Shown here one piece after another: positions 7,429-14,727 of a stretch of 15,241 bases of DNA. The stretch is taken from NCBI GenBank assembly GCA_963932905.1, contig CAWVRN010000048.1, positions 1 to 15,241 of the forward strand, given 5' to 3'. Each line of letters starts with the position of its first letter. Positions within the stretch are counted from its first letter, which is position 1. The notes below the pieces were generated by a model. The model was not told where the DNA came from and searched no databases. It saw only the letters and a list, made by a program, of their open reading frames with translations. Source of the DNA: an uncultured Bdellovibrio sp. (GTDB lineage Bacteria; Bdellovibrionota; Bdellovibrionia; Bdellovibrionales; Bdellovibrionaceae). The translations under genes and the position numbers were made by a program.

Positions 7429-8421
7429 TTAAGGCTTAGCACCCTGTTTTTCACGCGCTGGTTGACGAGTTCCCTGCTTGATTTCTTCAGACTCTTCTTT
7501 AGTCACTTCTTGTACATTAGAACGTAAGAAGAAATTTTTCTGCATTGCTTTCATCAAAATAGTCGCTTCATCCAGAGCCTCCAAAGCCCGCTTCGCCACT
7601 GTTGGAACTTCTGGACCGTAATTTTTAAGCATAGTCGTTACGGATTTAAAATCTTCCGTCATTTGTGACAAGCTACTGGTCAATTGCGCCAAGTTTTTAG
7701 CCAGCTCTGGATTTTGACGATTTAATTCCGGCAATATCACATTTAGTTCTTTGGTTAATACGGCCGTTTGTGAAATCGTTTTCTTTAAATTTTCTTTGTA
7801 AGTCATCTGACGACTTAATTTAATCACTTCTTCAGACATTTCGTTCATGTTACCCATCAAAGGATCAAGCTTATCGAAGATACTTAACATCGATTTTGTA
7901 CGATCCCGATCAAGAAAGGCTTCCAATAAAAATTGTAAATTGCTTAGCATTTCAGAAATTTTTTCCAACGACGTACCTAGACGCTTACCACTCAACAAAG
8001 TCATCAAATCCAAAGTTTCTTCCGATTCAATGACCCCGCCTTCTTGTGCGATTTTTAATTCTGCACTACCGACAGAAATTTCTAATACACGATCACCAAT
8101 CACAAATGGACGCACTAACTGCGCTTTTGAATCCTCACGGATTCTTTCATGAAATTTTCCCAGTACGTAGTACGTCACACGAATTTTGTTGTTACCTAAA
8201 AGTTCCACATCTTCCACACCACCAGCGCGAAGACCGGCAATTAGAACCGTCGTTCCCGGATGAACCCCATCCGCCGACACGAAAACTGATTCAAATTTGA
8301 TTTTTTTTTCAAACCAACCTTGCTTAATCGCCACACTGACTGCCATAACGAAACAGCCCACTATCGCAAACAGGACAAATAAACCAGCAACCCGTTCAAA
8401 TTTGTTAAACTTTACCTTCAT
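7429..8421 (-). CDS. MCE (MlaD-family) protein with long C-terminal helical region
   Basis: N-terminal anchor (AGLFVL), MCE core F.SADGVHPG..V.IAGLRAG.VE.V...I.EDS.A......IG...LEI..GS, then about 190 aa of helical/coiled-coil-like sequence. ATGA overlap with the upstream gene. Confidence 0.9.
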   Translation of the reverse strand: MKVKFNKFERVAGLFVLFAIVGCFVMAVSVAIKQGWFEKKIKFESVFVSADGVHPGTTVLIAGLRAGGVEDVELLGNNKIRVTYYVLGKFHERIREDSKAQLVRPFVIGDRVLEISVGSAELKIAQEGGVIESEETLDLMTLLSGKRLGTSLEKISEMLSNLQFLLEAFLDRDRTKSMLSIFDKLDPLMGNMNEMSEEVIKLSRQMTYKENLKKTISQTAVLTKELNVILPELNRQNPELAKNLAQLTSSLSQMTEDFKSVTTMLKNYGPEVPTVAKRALEALDEATILMKAMQKNFFLRSNVQEVTKEESEEIKQGTRQPAREKQGAKP

Positions 8422-9149
8422 AAACTAACTGCCTTATTCCCTTCCGTCTGCGGCGCATACAGCAAACCGTTATCCAGATGGATGGTGAGATGATTTATGT
8501 GGCTCATAAATTTTTCGTCATACGAAGAAATAAAAACGTGCTTCAAGCCTCGCTCTGCTCGATGCTTGTTAATTAGGTCAATAAACTTCAGACTTGTCTC
8601 TTGCCCTAAACCAACTGATGGGTCATCTAATAGTAGAACCTGAGGATGAGTCATCATTGGACGCAACAGACATGAAATTTTTCTTATGCGGCCGGGAATA
8701 TGAGCAGGGCGTTCGTCTTTGAATTTCTCAAGGTCAAAATATTTTAAAACTTCCATTACGCGCCGATTTGCTTCCTCGACTTCAACCAATTTGTGGTACA
8801 GCAACGGCAACATTAGATTTTCATAGATCGTGCGGTTGTTAATCAAACCACCATAGTCAAATGTGTACCCGATGGACAAACGATACGGCAAAAATTCTTC
8901 GAATGACATCTCGCCTACGTTAGAATCATTAATTAAGAATTTACCTGATTGAGGCACAATCAATCCACCTAGGATCTGCAACAGAGTCGATTTTCCAGCA
9001 CCCTGTATAGACTGAATCAAAACATTTTCATTTGTAGGGAATTCAAAATCAGCATTCATTAAAATAGGATCTTGAGTTTCATGCTGAAAGAACAAACTTT
9101 CAAATTTTAGACTTTTAATTTGTGGCATCAGTTTGGTTGGTTCGCTCAT
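8418..9149 (-). CDS. MlaF-like ABC nucleotide-binding protein with degenerate catalytic motifs
   Basis: Walker A SIQGAGKST, GL..P.SG, R..IGY.F, EN..LPL (MlaF-like), Walker B LLLDD. Located between mlaE-like and mlaD-like genes with ATGA overlaps on both sides. Confidence 0.88.
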   Translation of the reverse strand: MSEPTKLMPQIKSLKFESLFFQHETQDPILMNADFEFPTNENVLIQSIQGAGKSTLLQILGGLIVPQSGKFLINDSNVGEMSFEEFLPYRLSIGYTFDYGGLINNRTIYENLMLPLLYHKLVEVEEANRRVMEVLKYFDLEKFKDERPAHIPGRIRKISCLLRPMMTHPQVLLLDDPSVGLGQETSLKFIDLINKHRAERGLKHVFISSYDEKFMSHINHLTIHLDNGLLYAPQTEGNKAVSL

Positions 9150-9970
9150 ACAACACCTAGTTTTTGTAATTGGTTCAGATACACAATGGCAGTTACAACT
9201 AAATTAAATACAGTGACATAAATAATACTTTTCACCACGGCTTGCGTAGTGACTTGCGGAACCTCGTGCGGACTCTTCTTAACACTTAGACCTTGGAAAC
9301 ACGATACGACGAAAATGATAACGCCACTAAAACCGTTCTTCAGTAGAAAAATCGCGACATCCTCTTTACCAAAGGCACGCAATAAATTTTCGCTATAGAA
9401 ACTAAACGGAATGTCATGGAAGAATTGCGTGAGCAAGTAACCACCAAAAATCGCGATAATCATGAAATAAAAAGCCAGACACAGAACGCTTACAATACCT
9501 CCGACTATGCGGGGGAAAACGATATAGCTTAATGGATTTATACCCATCGACTCCAAAGCTTCGATTTCGCGATTCGCGCGCATATTGCCGACTTCGGTAG
9601 CAACGGCAGTTCCGCTTCGTGCAATGACAACCAGCGCGGTTAATAGTGGCCCAATTTCGCGCACTAACACGACGACAATCAAGTTACCCAGCATTTCTGT
9701 ACCACCTAACAAAGTTAAATTGGTCATACCTTGGATAACCAAAATGCCGCCCGTTCCTAATGCTAAAATTGAAATTAGGGGCATTGCTTGCCACCCTGTA
9801 AAATAAATCTGCGTTGAAAGAACGCTTAGAGTTTGACGTAATCCTTGCGCCTGATCTAGGAAAGCGGCGCGGAACGAAAGATAAATCATAAGGAAAATTT
9901 TTAGAGTGTACTCTAAGTTTTCCGTGATGGTACGACCTAACGATTCTATTCGATCCCAGACAATGTTCAT
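9146..9970 (-). CDS. mlaE: MlaE-family ABC permease
   Basis: Q.YFTG.QA.P, VREIGPLLTALVV.ARSGTA.ATE.G.M....EIEALE.MGINP..Y.V.PR, K...SG, C..G, VP..TT.AVV.S. Confidence 0.93.
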   Translation of the reverse strand: MNIVWDRIESLGRTITENLEYTLKIFLMIYLSFRAAFLDQAQGLRQTLSVLSTQIYFTGWQAMPLISILALGTGGILVIQGMTNLTLLGGTEMLGNLIVVVLVREIGPLLTALVVIARSGTAVATEVGNMRANREIEALESMGINPLSYIVFPRIVGGIVSVLCLAFYFMIIAIFGGYLLTQFFHDIPFSFYSENLLRAFGKEDVAIFLLKNGFSGVIIFVVSCFQGLSVKKSPHEVPQVTTQAVVKSIIYVTVFNLVVTAIVYLNQLQKLGVV

Positions 9971-9977
9971 GCAAATT

Positions 9978-10004
9978 TTATCGGAACAATTGTTACAATA
10001 TCTA
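9978..10004 (-). promoter_or_regulatory. Putative sigma28 (FliA) promoter of the MCE operon
   Basis: TAGA(10004-10001)-N15-TCCGATAA(9985-9978) versus consensus TAAA-N15-GCCGATAA; 7 nt to ATG 9970; no SD. Confidence 0.6.
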
Positions 10005-10064
10005 ACTCGATATTAGTCTAGTCTTTGATAAAGACCTGATCAAGATTCTCAATACTGAACATTT

Positions 10065-10622
10065 TTAATATGCCCAGATAGAGTAAAACAGTGACTTAAA
10101 AGTCTCTTGAAGTCGATCAAAGGCTGAGTCCGTATCGCTAGAGCGAGCCATGACGTGGGTTTTGATATCAATCACCTTAGGAAACACCTTGTAGAAGGTT
10201 CGTTTGGATCGGTACATATGCAATGCCGACGTGATCAACATCACATCTTGGCAGTTTAGAATTTCAGCTAGCGGCAGACTCTGAGTCGCATTACCAAAGG
10301 TTGTTTCACTGCGTTTCTCAAGAACTACGTCTTTTTCATCCACCTCAGGATAAAATGCCCACAACGGAAATATTTCTTTAATATCAGAATTGGGATTTAC
10401 CCCCGAAATAATTAATTTCCGAATATTTTTATTTGCCAGCAGATCCATGGCTTCACGAATACGACCCGGCCCGCCTGTTAAGACAATGCCACAGTCAGCT
10501 TCGGACACATGGGTCCACGCAGTCGAACGCACGGAACTCACAGAAACAAATTCAAAATAAAAAATAATGACAAACAGGACGACAAGGAAACTAGAAAAAT
10601 AAAGAACTATCTTCTTTCTCAT
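10065..10622 (-). CDS. DUF218 (YdcF/ElyC/SanA-like) membrane-anchored protein
   Basis: N-terminal TM, then IVLTGG..RI..A..L, IISG, E..S.TT.GNA, LITS..HM.RS, C-terminal E..K. Confidence 0.88.
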   Translation of the reverse strand: MRKKIVLYFSSFLVVLFVIIFYFEFVSVSSVRSTAWTHVSEADCGIVLTGGPGRIREAMDLLANKNIRKLIISGVNPNSDIKEIFPLWAFYPEVDEKDVVLEKRSETTFGNATQSLPLAEILNCQDVMLITSALHMYRSKRTFYKVFPKVIDIKTHVMARSSDTDSAFDRLQETFKSLFYSIWAY

Positions 10623-10637
10623 TACTTGGCGCTAGCC

Positions 10638-11018
10638 CTATGCCTTGTATGCTAGAACTTCGATTTCTACTTGAACACCTTTTGGCAATCCACGCACCTC
10701 GACAGTTGAGCGCGCCGGCGGATTATTTGGGAAAAAGCGGCCATAGATTTCGTTCACAGTGGGAAAATCACTCATTGCAGTTAAAAAGATTGTTGTTTTA
10801 ACAACATTCTCAAACTTCATCCCGCCTGCCGTTAACACAGCTTCTACATTCTTCATCACTTGTTCCGTTTGAGTTTTTACATCCTGACCCACTACTTGCG
10901 CGGTCTTCGGATCTAGCGCTATTTGCCCTGAACAAAACAAAAATGGTCCCGCTGAAATTGCTTGGCTGTATGGTCCAATTGGTTCCGGTGCATCTTTAGT
11001 AAGTATTACTTTTTTCAT
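10638..11018 (-). CDS. ridA: RidA-family reactive enamine/imine deaminase
   Basis: AP.PIGPYSQAI, LF.SGQI, VVKTTIFL..M.DF..VNE.Y..FF, PARS (catalytic Arg), LPKG..VEIE. Start ATG 11018 with SD GAGGAG; the track's 11072 start is too long. Confidence 0.93.
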   Translation of the reverse strand: MKKVILTKDAPEPIGPYSQAISAGPFLFCSGQIALDPKTAQVVGQDVKTQTEQVMKNVEAVLTAGGMKFENVVKTTIFLTAMSDFPTVNEIYGRFFPNNPPARSTVEVRGLPKGVQVEIEVLAYKA

Positions 11019-11046
11019 ATCTATCTCCTCAGTATGTAAACTATTT

Positions 11047-11529
11047 TTAAAAGTAAAATGTAATTCCTGCACGCATTGGGGAATCAGCGATGGTTCTAAA
11101 TCGAGTGTCTTTCAACGAAGAAATACCCGCACCACCTTCAAAAGAAAACCCTAACGAATCTAAACCAGTGAAAAAGAACTCAGCACCAAACACAGCATTC
11201 AACTCAAAACCATTTTGCTTTTCGCCGCCACCTTCATAATTCACGATGCCCACTTGGCCACCAAAATAAAAATTGAGCTGATTTTCACGAAACAAAATTT
11301 TACGGACGCCACCGCTGACAACAAATTTAGATTGATCTTTTTTAGTGTCGATTCCAATACCGCCAGTGATACCAAAATCTTGATTTGGATAGTAAACAAC
11401 ACCCACAGCAGGAACATCTTCAGACGAATTGTTTTTCACGCCTACGCCCAGACGACTCGCTAAATCTTTAGCAAACACGCTCTGAGACAACAAAATTACT
11501 ACTGCCGCTATTTTAATTAATGAATTCAT
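11047..11529 (-). CDS. Small outer-membrane beta-barrel protein (about 8 strands)
   Basis: Signal peptide ending SVFA|KD, Gly/aromatic-rich alternating strands (RLGVGV, FGITGGIGI, FYFGGQVGI, FGAEFFF, FSFEGGAGI), C-terminal beta-signal AGITFYF. SD AAAGGAG. Confidence 0.85.
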   Translation of the reverse strand: MNSLIKIAAVVILLSQSVFAKDLASRLGVGVKNNSSEDVPAVGVVYYPNQDFGITGGIGIDTKKDQSKFVVSGGVRKILFRENQLNFYFGGQVGIVNYEGGGEKQNGFELNAVFGAEFFFTGLDSLGFSFEGGAGISSLKDTRFRTIADSPMRAGITFYF

Positions 11530-11542
11530 GCCCGGCTCCTTT

Positions 11543-11561
11543 ACATTTGAGACTCAAATGT
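11543..11561. promoter_or_regulatory. Perfect 19-bp palindrome, candidate operator
   Basis: ACATTTGAG-A-CTCAAATGT directly upstream of the barrel gene SD. Overlaps the -10 of a candidate minus-strand promoter TTGAAA(11586-11581)-N17-AAACAT(11563-11558) with an extended TG. Confidence 0.55.
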
Positions 11562-11602
11562 TTTCACTAAAGGTCGGTATTTTCAAGATCTTATATGTTA
11601 AT

Positions 11603-11623
11603 CGGAGCGTTATTTAACCTCCG
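11603..11623 (-). terminator. Hairpin downstream of the phasin-like gene; weak terminator or 3' stabiliser
   Basis: CGGAG-C-GTTA-TT-TAAC-CTCCG, 14 nt after the stop at 11638. No convincing U-tract. Confidence 0.3.
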
Positions 11624-11637
11624 CCAATACAGAAAAA

Positions 11638-12024
11638 CTAATCGTTATCTTTGATGACTTCCACGCGCTCTATTTTAGTTTCTTTTTTTATGATATCGAT
11701 TTCAGCACTGATTTTAAATTTATGAGTCTCTGCAAATTTACTTAATTCACTGATCCAATCAATTTTATTAAAAATTCCAATGATTTCTTTAGACACTCGT
11801 TGAGTGATGTCGTCTTTGGATTTATTTGCACTTTGGATAATTACATTTAGGATTTCTTTAGGTAACTTTAATTCTTGTAAATAACTACGAATGTTCTCTT
11901 CCGTCATAAATGCAGCAGAGACTCCTGTTGTAAAAACTTTTTTCAAAGTTTCTGAGAACATCCCTTTTGCATCTTCGAACAAAGGACCATCATTCTTCTT
12001 ATTTGAAGAATCATTATTTTCCAT
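11638..12024 (-). CDS. Hypothetical helical protein, phasin-like N-terminal motif
   Basis: 128 aa. LKKVFTTGVSAAFMTEE.I resembles the LKK....G.GA...T.E start of phasin-related proteins. Overlaps the upstream gene by 11 nt. Confidence 0.6.
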   Translation of the reverse strand: MENNDSSNKKNDGPLFEDAKGMFSETLKKVFTTGVSAAFMTEENIRSYLQELKLPKEILNVIIQSANKSKDDITQRVSKEIIGIFNKIDWISELSKFAETHKFKISAEIDIIKKETKIERVEVIKDND

Positions 12025-12457
12025 AAAGTTGTTGTATCCTTTTGTGATAACTAGAAACCATGTTGGGTAAACTCACACTGACCAAAGTATTCGCAATTGG
12101 CCCTGGAACAAAAATACCGAATGTAGCTTCCACTTCGTAGGTAGCTCGGCATTGACTGCCTTCCGGTTCAATTTTCCAAGAACCACGTTGAGTTTTAAAC
12201 ACGTCACCAGAAATAAAGTCCCAAGTTACCGTTGAAACACCATTTTCAACATGATTTTCAACCATTTGCAGACGATAGCTAAATGATTTTACCATAGACA
12301 CTGAATACTCTACGATTTTTTTAGAACCTTCGTCTTTGATAACTTCGCATTTTTTTACTTCGGATAAAAATTCGGGGTATTTAGAATAGTCAGTAACGAT
12401 TTTATATAATTGATCTGCTGTGCATTTGAAGACTTCGCTTGTCTGTGCTTTTGCCAT
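12014..12457 (-). CDS. SRPBCC/START-fold protein (Coq10/RatA-like polyketide cyclase family)
   Basis: LY.IV.DY.KYPEFL..V...EV, W....GD.FK...GSW..E, Y.VE...G; 147 aa. Confidence 0.88.
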   Translation of the reverse strand: MAKAQTSEVFKCTADQLYKIVTDYSKYPEFLSEVKKCEVIKDEGSKKIVEYSVSMVKSFSYRLQMVENHVENGVSTVTWDFISGDVFKTQRGSWKIEPEGSQCRATYEVEATFGIFVPGPIANTLVSVSLPNMVSSYHKRIQQLYGK

Positions 12458-12463
12458 ACTTCA

Positions 12464-12493
12464 ATTCTGAAGGACAGGACAAGACGAAGTCAA
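12464..12493 (-). promoter_or_regulatory. Putative sigma70-type promoter giving a leaderless START-protein mRNA
   Basis: TTGACT(12493-12488)-N18-CAGAAT(12469-12464)-N6-ATG 12457. Pyrimidine-rich leader with no SD. Confidence 0.5.
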
Positions 12494-12509
12494 ATTGAAA
12501 ACGTCTAGC

Positions 12510-13472
12510 TTATAGAGGTTTTGTACTCAAGTTATGAAGCGTATCGATGGTACGGATAGTTCCCGTTTTCGATCGCATCACGATGCTATGAGTGCGCGCC
12601 ATGCTTTTAGGCAAAGATTTAACACCTTTCAACAACGGCCCATCGGTAACACCCGTTGCACAAAACATGACACTTCCTCGAGCCAGGTCATCAATCTTAT
12701 ACTTTTGCTCTAGATTTTTGATTCCCATTTTCAGAGCCCGCGCTTTTTCTTCTTCGTTACGAAACTTCAAACGACCTTGAAAATCACCACCTAGACATTG
12801 CATCGCTGCGGCCGAAATAACGCCTTCCGGTGCGCCACCAATTCCCATTAATAAATCGATTCCACTATCAGGCCATGCGGCTGCCACAGCTGCGGAAACA
12901 TCACCATCGCCGATCAAATGAATACGAGCGCCCGTTTTACGAGTTTCTGCAATTAGATCTTTGTGGCGTGGACGATCTAAAATAACAACAGTTACGTCAC
13001 TGACTGCTTTCTTCAATGCTTCCGCCACGCGATTGATATTTTCAGTGGGTGATTTATCAATATCAATCATGCCCTTAGCTGCTGGACCACAGGCTATTTT
13101 ATCCATGTACGTGTCTGGGGCATGTAGAAAGTTTCCATGTTCCGCTAGCGCTATCACCGAAATGGATCCTACGCCGCCCGTTGCACAGATTGTTGTTCCT
13201 TCTAATGGATCTAGCGCAATGTCGACTTTTGGAGAATCTTCTGTCGTTCTAAAACCTACCTTTTCACCGATATACAACATCGGAGCTTCGTCACGCTCAC
13301 CTTCCCCAATGACCACCGTACCATCGATACGAACTGTATCGAATGCGCGCCTCATTGCATCGACAGCCGCTTGGTCGGCTGCCTTTTCATTACCATGCCC
13401 AATCCAACGCGCACTTGCTAAGGCTGCCGCTTCAGTCACACGTACAAATTCTAAAGCCAGGTTTCTTTCCAT
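12510..13472 (-). CDS. glpX: Fructose-1,6-bisphosphatase class II
   Basis: MERNLALEFVRVTEAAA, VVIGEGERDEAPMLYIGE, DPLEGT, APDTYMDK, LDRPRH, DGDV, GGAPEGV, ATGVTDG. SD GGAG lies within the upstream gene. Confidence 0.97.
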   Translation of the reverse strand: MERNLALEFVRVTEAAALASARWIGHGNEKAADQAAVDAMRRAFDTVRIDGTVVIGEGERDEAPMLYIGEKVGFRTTEDSPKVDIALDPLEGTTICATGGVGSISVIALAEHGNFLHAPDTYMDKIACGPAAKGMIDIDKSPTENINRVAEALKKAVSDVTVVILDRPRHKDLIAETRKTGARIHLIGDGDVSAAVAAAWPDSGIDLLMGIGGAPEGVISAAAMQCLGGDFQGRLKFRNEEEKARALKMGIKNLEQKYKIDDLARGSVMFCATGVTDGPLLKGVKSLPKSMARTHSIVMRSKTGTIRTIDTLHNLSTKPL

Positions 13473-13873
13473 ATTAGGGTCTCCATCACGTTTTTAAATT
13501 CTTTGGTTAATCGTTGAGGTCGTAAGCTTTTATCGAGTGACACATGCGTTGTTTCCGCTAAACTAATGATCTCACTCTCTTTTTGAATTTTATACTGGAA
13601 ATAAATTCGAATACCTTCCATTTTAACTTGCAACCAAACCGTCAACACATCGCCGAAGAACGATGGCTTAATATGTTTAACTCGCGTCTCTAAAACAGCA
13701 AAATGCGAGGCGCTTTCCGGCTTTTGGTAATCAATCAAACCAACTGAGTGCGCCCAGGCCACACGAGCTTCCTCACAAAAGCGTAAATAATTAGTATGAT
13801 GAACAACACCCATGGTGTCCGTTTCATAAAATTGTACGCGATGCTGGTATGAAAAAATGTTATCCGATTTCAT
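13451..13873 (-). CDS. YbgC/FadM-like hot-dog acyl-CoA thioesterase
   Basis: RV.FYETD.MGVVHH.NYLR.CEEAR. Start ATG 13873 (MKSDN) with a GGGGG SD-like tract. 22-nt overlap with glpX. Confidence 0.88.
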   Translation of the reverse strand: MKSDNIFSYQHRVQFYETDTMGVVHHTNYLRFCEEARVAWAHSVGLIDYQKPESASHFAVLETRVKHIKPSFFGDVLTVWLQVKMEGIRIYFQYKIQKESEIISLAETTHVSLDKSLRPQRLTKEFKNVMETLIWKETWL

Positions 13874-13967
13874 TAATTTAGCCCCCAAATCTACACCCTT
13901 TATACTTTTTTTCAATTTCCTTTTTTCAAATGACAAAACAGGGGGCCTGACCTACATCTTAGGCCTC

Positions 13968-14561
13968 GTGTCGACACCATTACCTCTGTGGAAACAGAAA
14001 CTTCCGATGCAGCTAACTATGAGCCGTGTGTACGCGGTTCCTGTCGTTATTTTATGCCTAAATCAATCGCGTTTTTTCTTTTCTATCGTTGCCGCAGTTC
14101 TATTCATACTCGCCTCTATCACTGACTATTTCGATGGCTATTATGCAAGAAAGTGGAAGCTGGTCAGTAACTTGGGCAAATTCATGGATCCGGTTACTGA
14201 CAAGATCCTAGTTTCTAGTGTTTTGATTTTCCTAACGGTTCAGGGTGCTATTGACCCTTACGTAGTTATTCTATTGATTGTTCGCGACACCTTCATCGGC
14301 GGCATTCGTGCGGTCGCCTCTGCGGATCAGATCATTATTGACGCTAAGCCGTCGGGAAAATGGAAAGCCGGCCTACAAATGGGGGCCATTCCGGCATTGA
14401 TATTGGGCAATTCTTACCACGGGCAATACGATGCACAGATTTTCACCCAGATTTTTCAAAAAGTGGGACAAATTGGGTACGCCGTTCTTTGGATTTCATC
14501 GATTTTAAGTATTGTCAGCGCGATAGAATATTATAACATCTATAAGCAAGGCAAAAAGTAG
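13968..14561 (+). CDS. pgsA: CDP-diacylglycerol--glycerol-3-phosphate 3-phosphatidyltransferase
   Basis: LP.QLT.SR and CDP-alcohol phosphotransferase motif TDYFDGYYARK....SNLGKFMDP.TDK, plus RD..I.G.R, GK.KA..QM, S..EY. Start uncertain: GTG 13968 preferred; the track's ATG 13857 overlaps the divergent gene. Confidence 0.9.
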   Translation: MSTPLPLWKQKLPMQLTMSRVYAVPVVILCLNQSRFFFSIVAAVLFILASITDYFDGYYARKWKLVSNLGKFMDPVTDKILVSSVLIFLTVQGAIDPYVVILLIVRDTFIGGIRAVASADQIIIDAKPSGKWKAGLQMGAIPALILGNSYHGQYDAQIFTQIFQKVGQIGYAVLWISSILSIVSAIEYYNIYKQGKK

Positions 14562-14566
14562 GATTT

Positions 14567-14716
14567 ATGCTTAGATATTTACAACCCTCATCTTGGTTTT
14601 TTATATTTTTAGCTCTGCTATTGAGCTTGTATTTCACTTCAAAATTACAGGCCAGTCGCCGCTTGGCGCCCATGATCAAAGTTAGCCCCGCATCTTTTGT
14701 TAGCTTCGGTCAATAA
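14567..14716 (+). CDS. Small (49 aa) membrane-anchored or secreted protein, below the ORF-track cutoff
   Basis: Hand translation MLRYLQPSSWFFIFLALLLSLYFTSKLQASRRLAPMIKVSPASFVSFGQ*. Starts 5 nt after the pgsA stop and ends 11 nt before the next ATG; one hydrophobic segment. Confidence 0.5.
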   Translation: MLRYLQPSSWFFIFLALLLSLYFTSKLQASRRLAPMIKVSPASFVSFGQ

Positions 14717-14727
14717 TTCATGTTTAC

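Noticed and set aside
7450..7470. RQPA segment at the MCE C-terminus as a possible lineage-specific sorting motif
   Set aside because: A single four-residue occurrence cannot be supported without a proteome-wide count.
8418..9149. Calling the degenerate ATPase a pseudogene
   Set aside because: Full length, no frameshift or stop, P-loop lysine and fold motifs retained, ATGA coupling on both sides.
11596..11623. CCGATTAA as a second sigma28 -10 upstream of the barrel gene
   Set aside because: No TAAA-like -35 at the required 15-nt spacing.
12961..13497. 178-aa and 62-aa (12592-12780) plus-strand ORFs inside glpX
   Set aside because: Antisense shadows of glpX codon bias.
13857..13936. Apparent head-to-head overlap of pgsA and the thioesterase in the ORF track
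   Set aside because: Artefact of longest-ORF starts; family-consistent starts (13873 and about 13968) leave a 94-bp gap.
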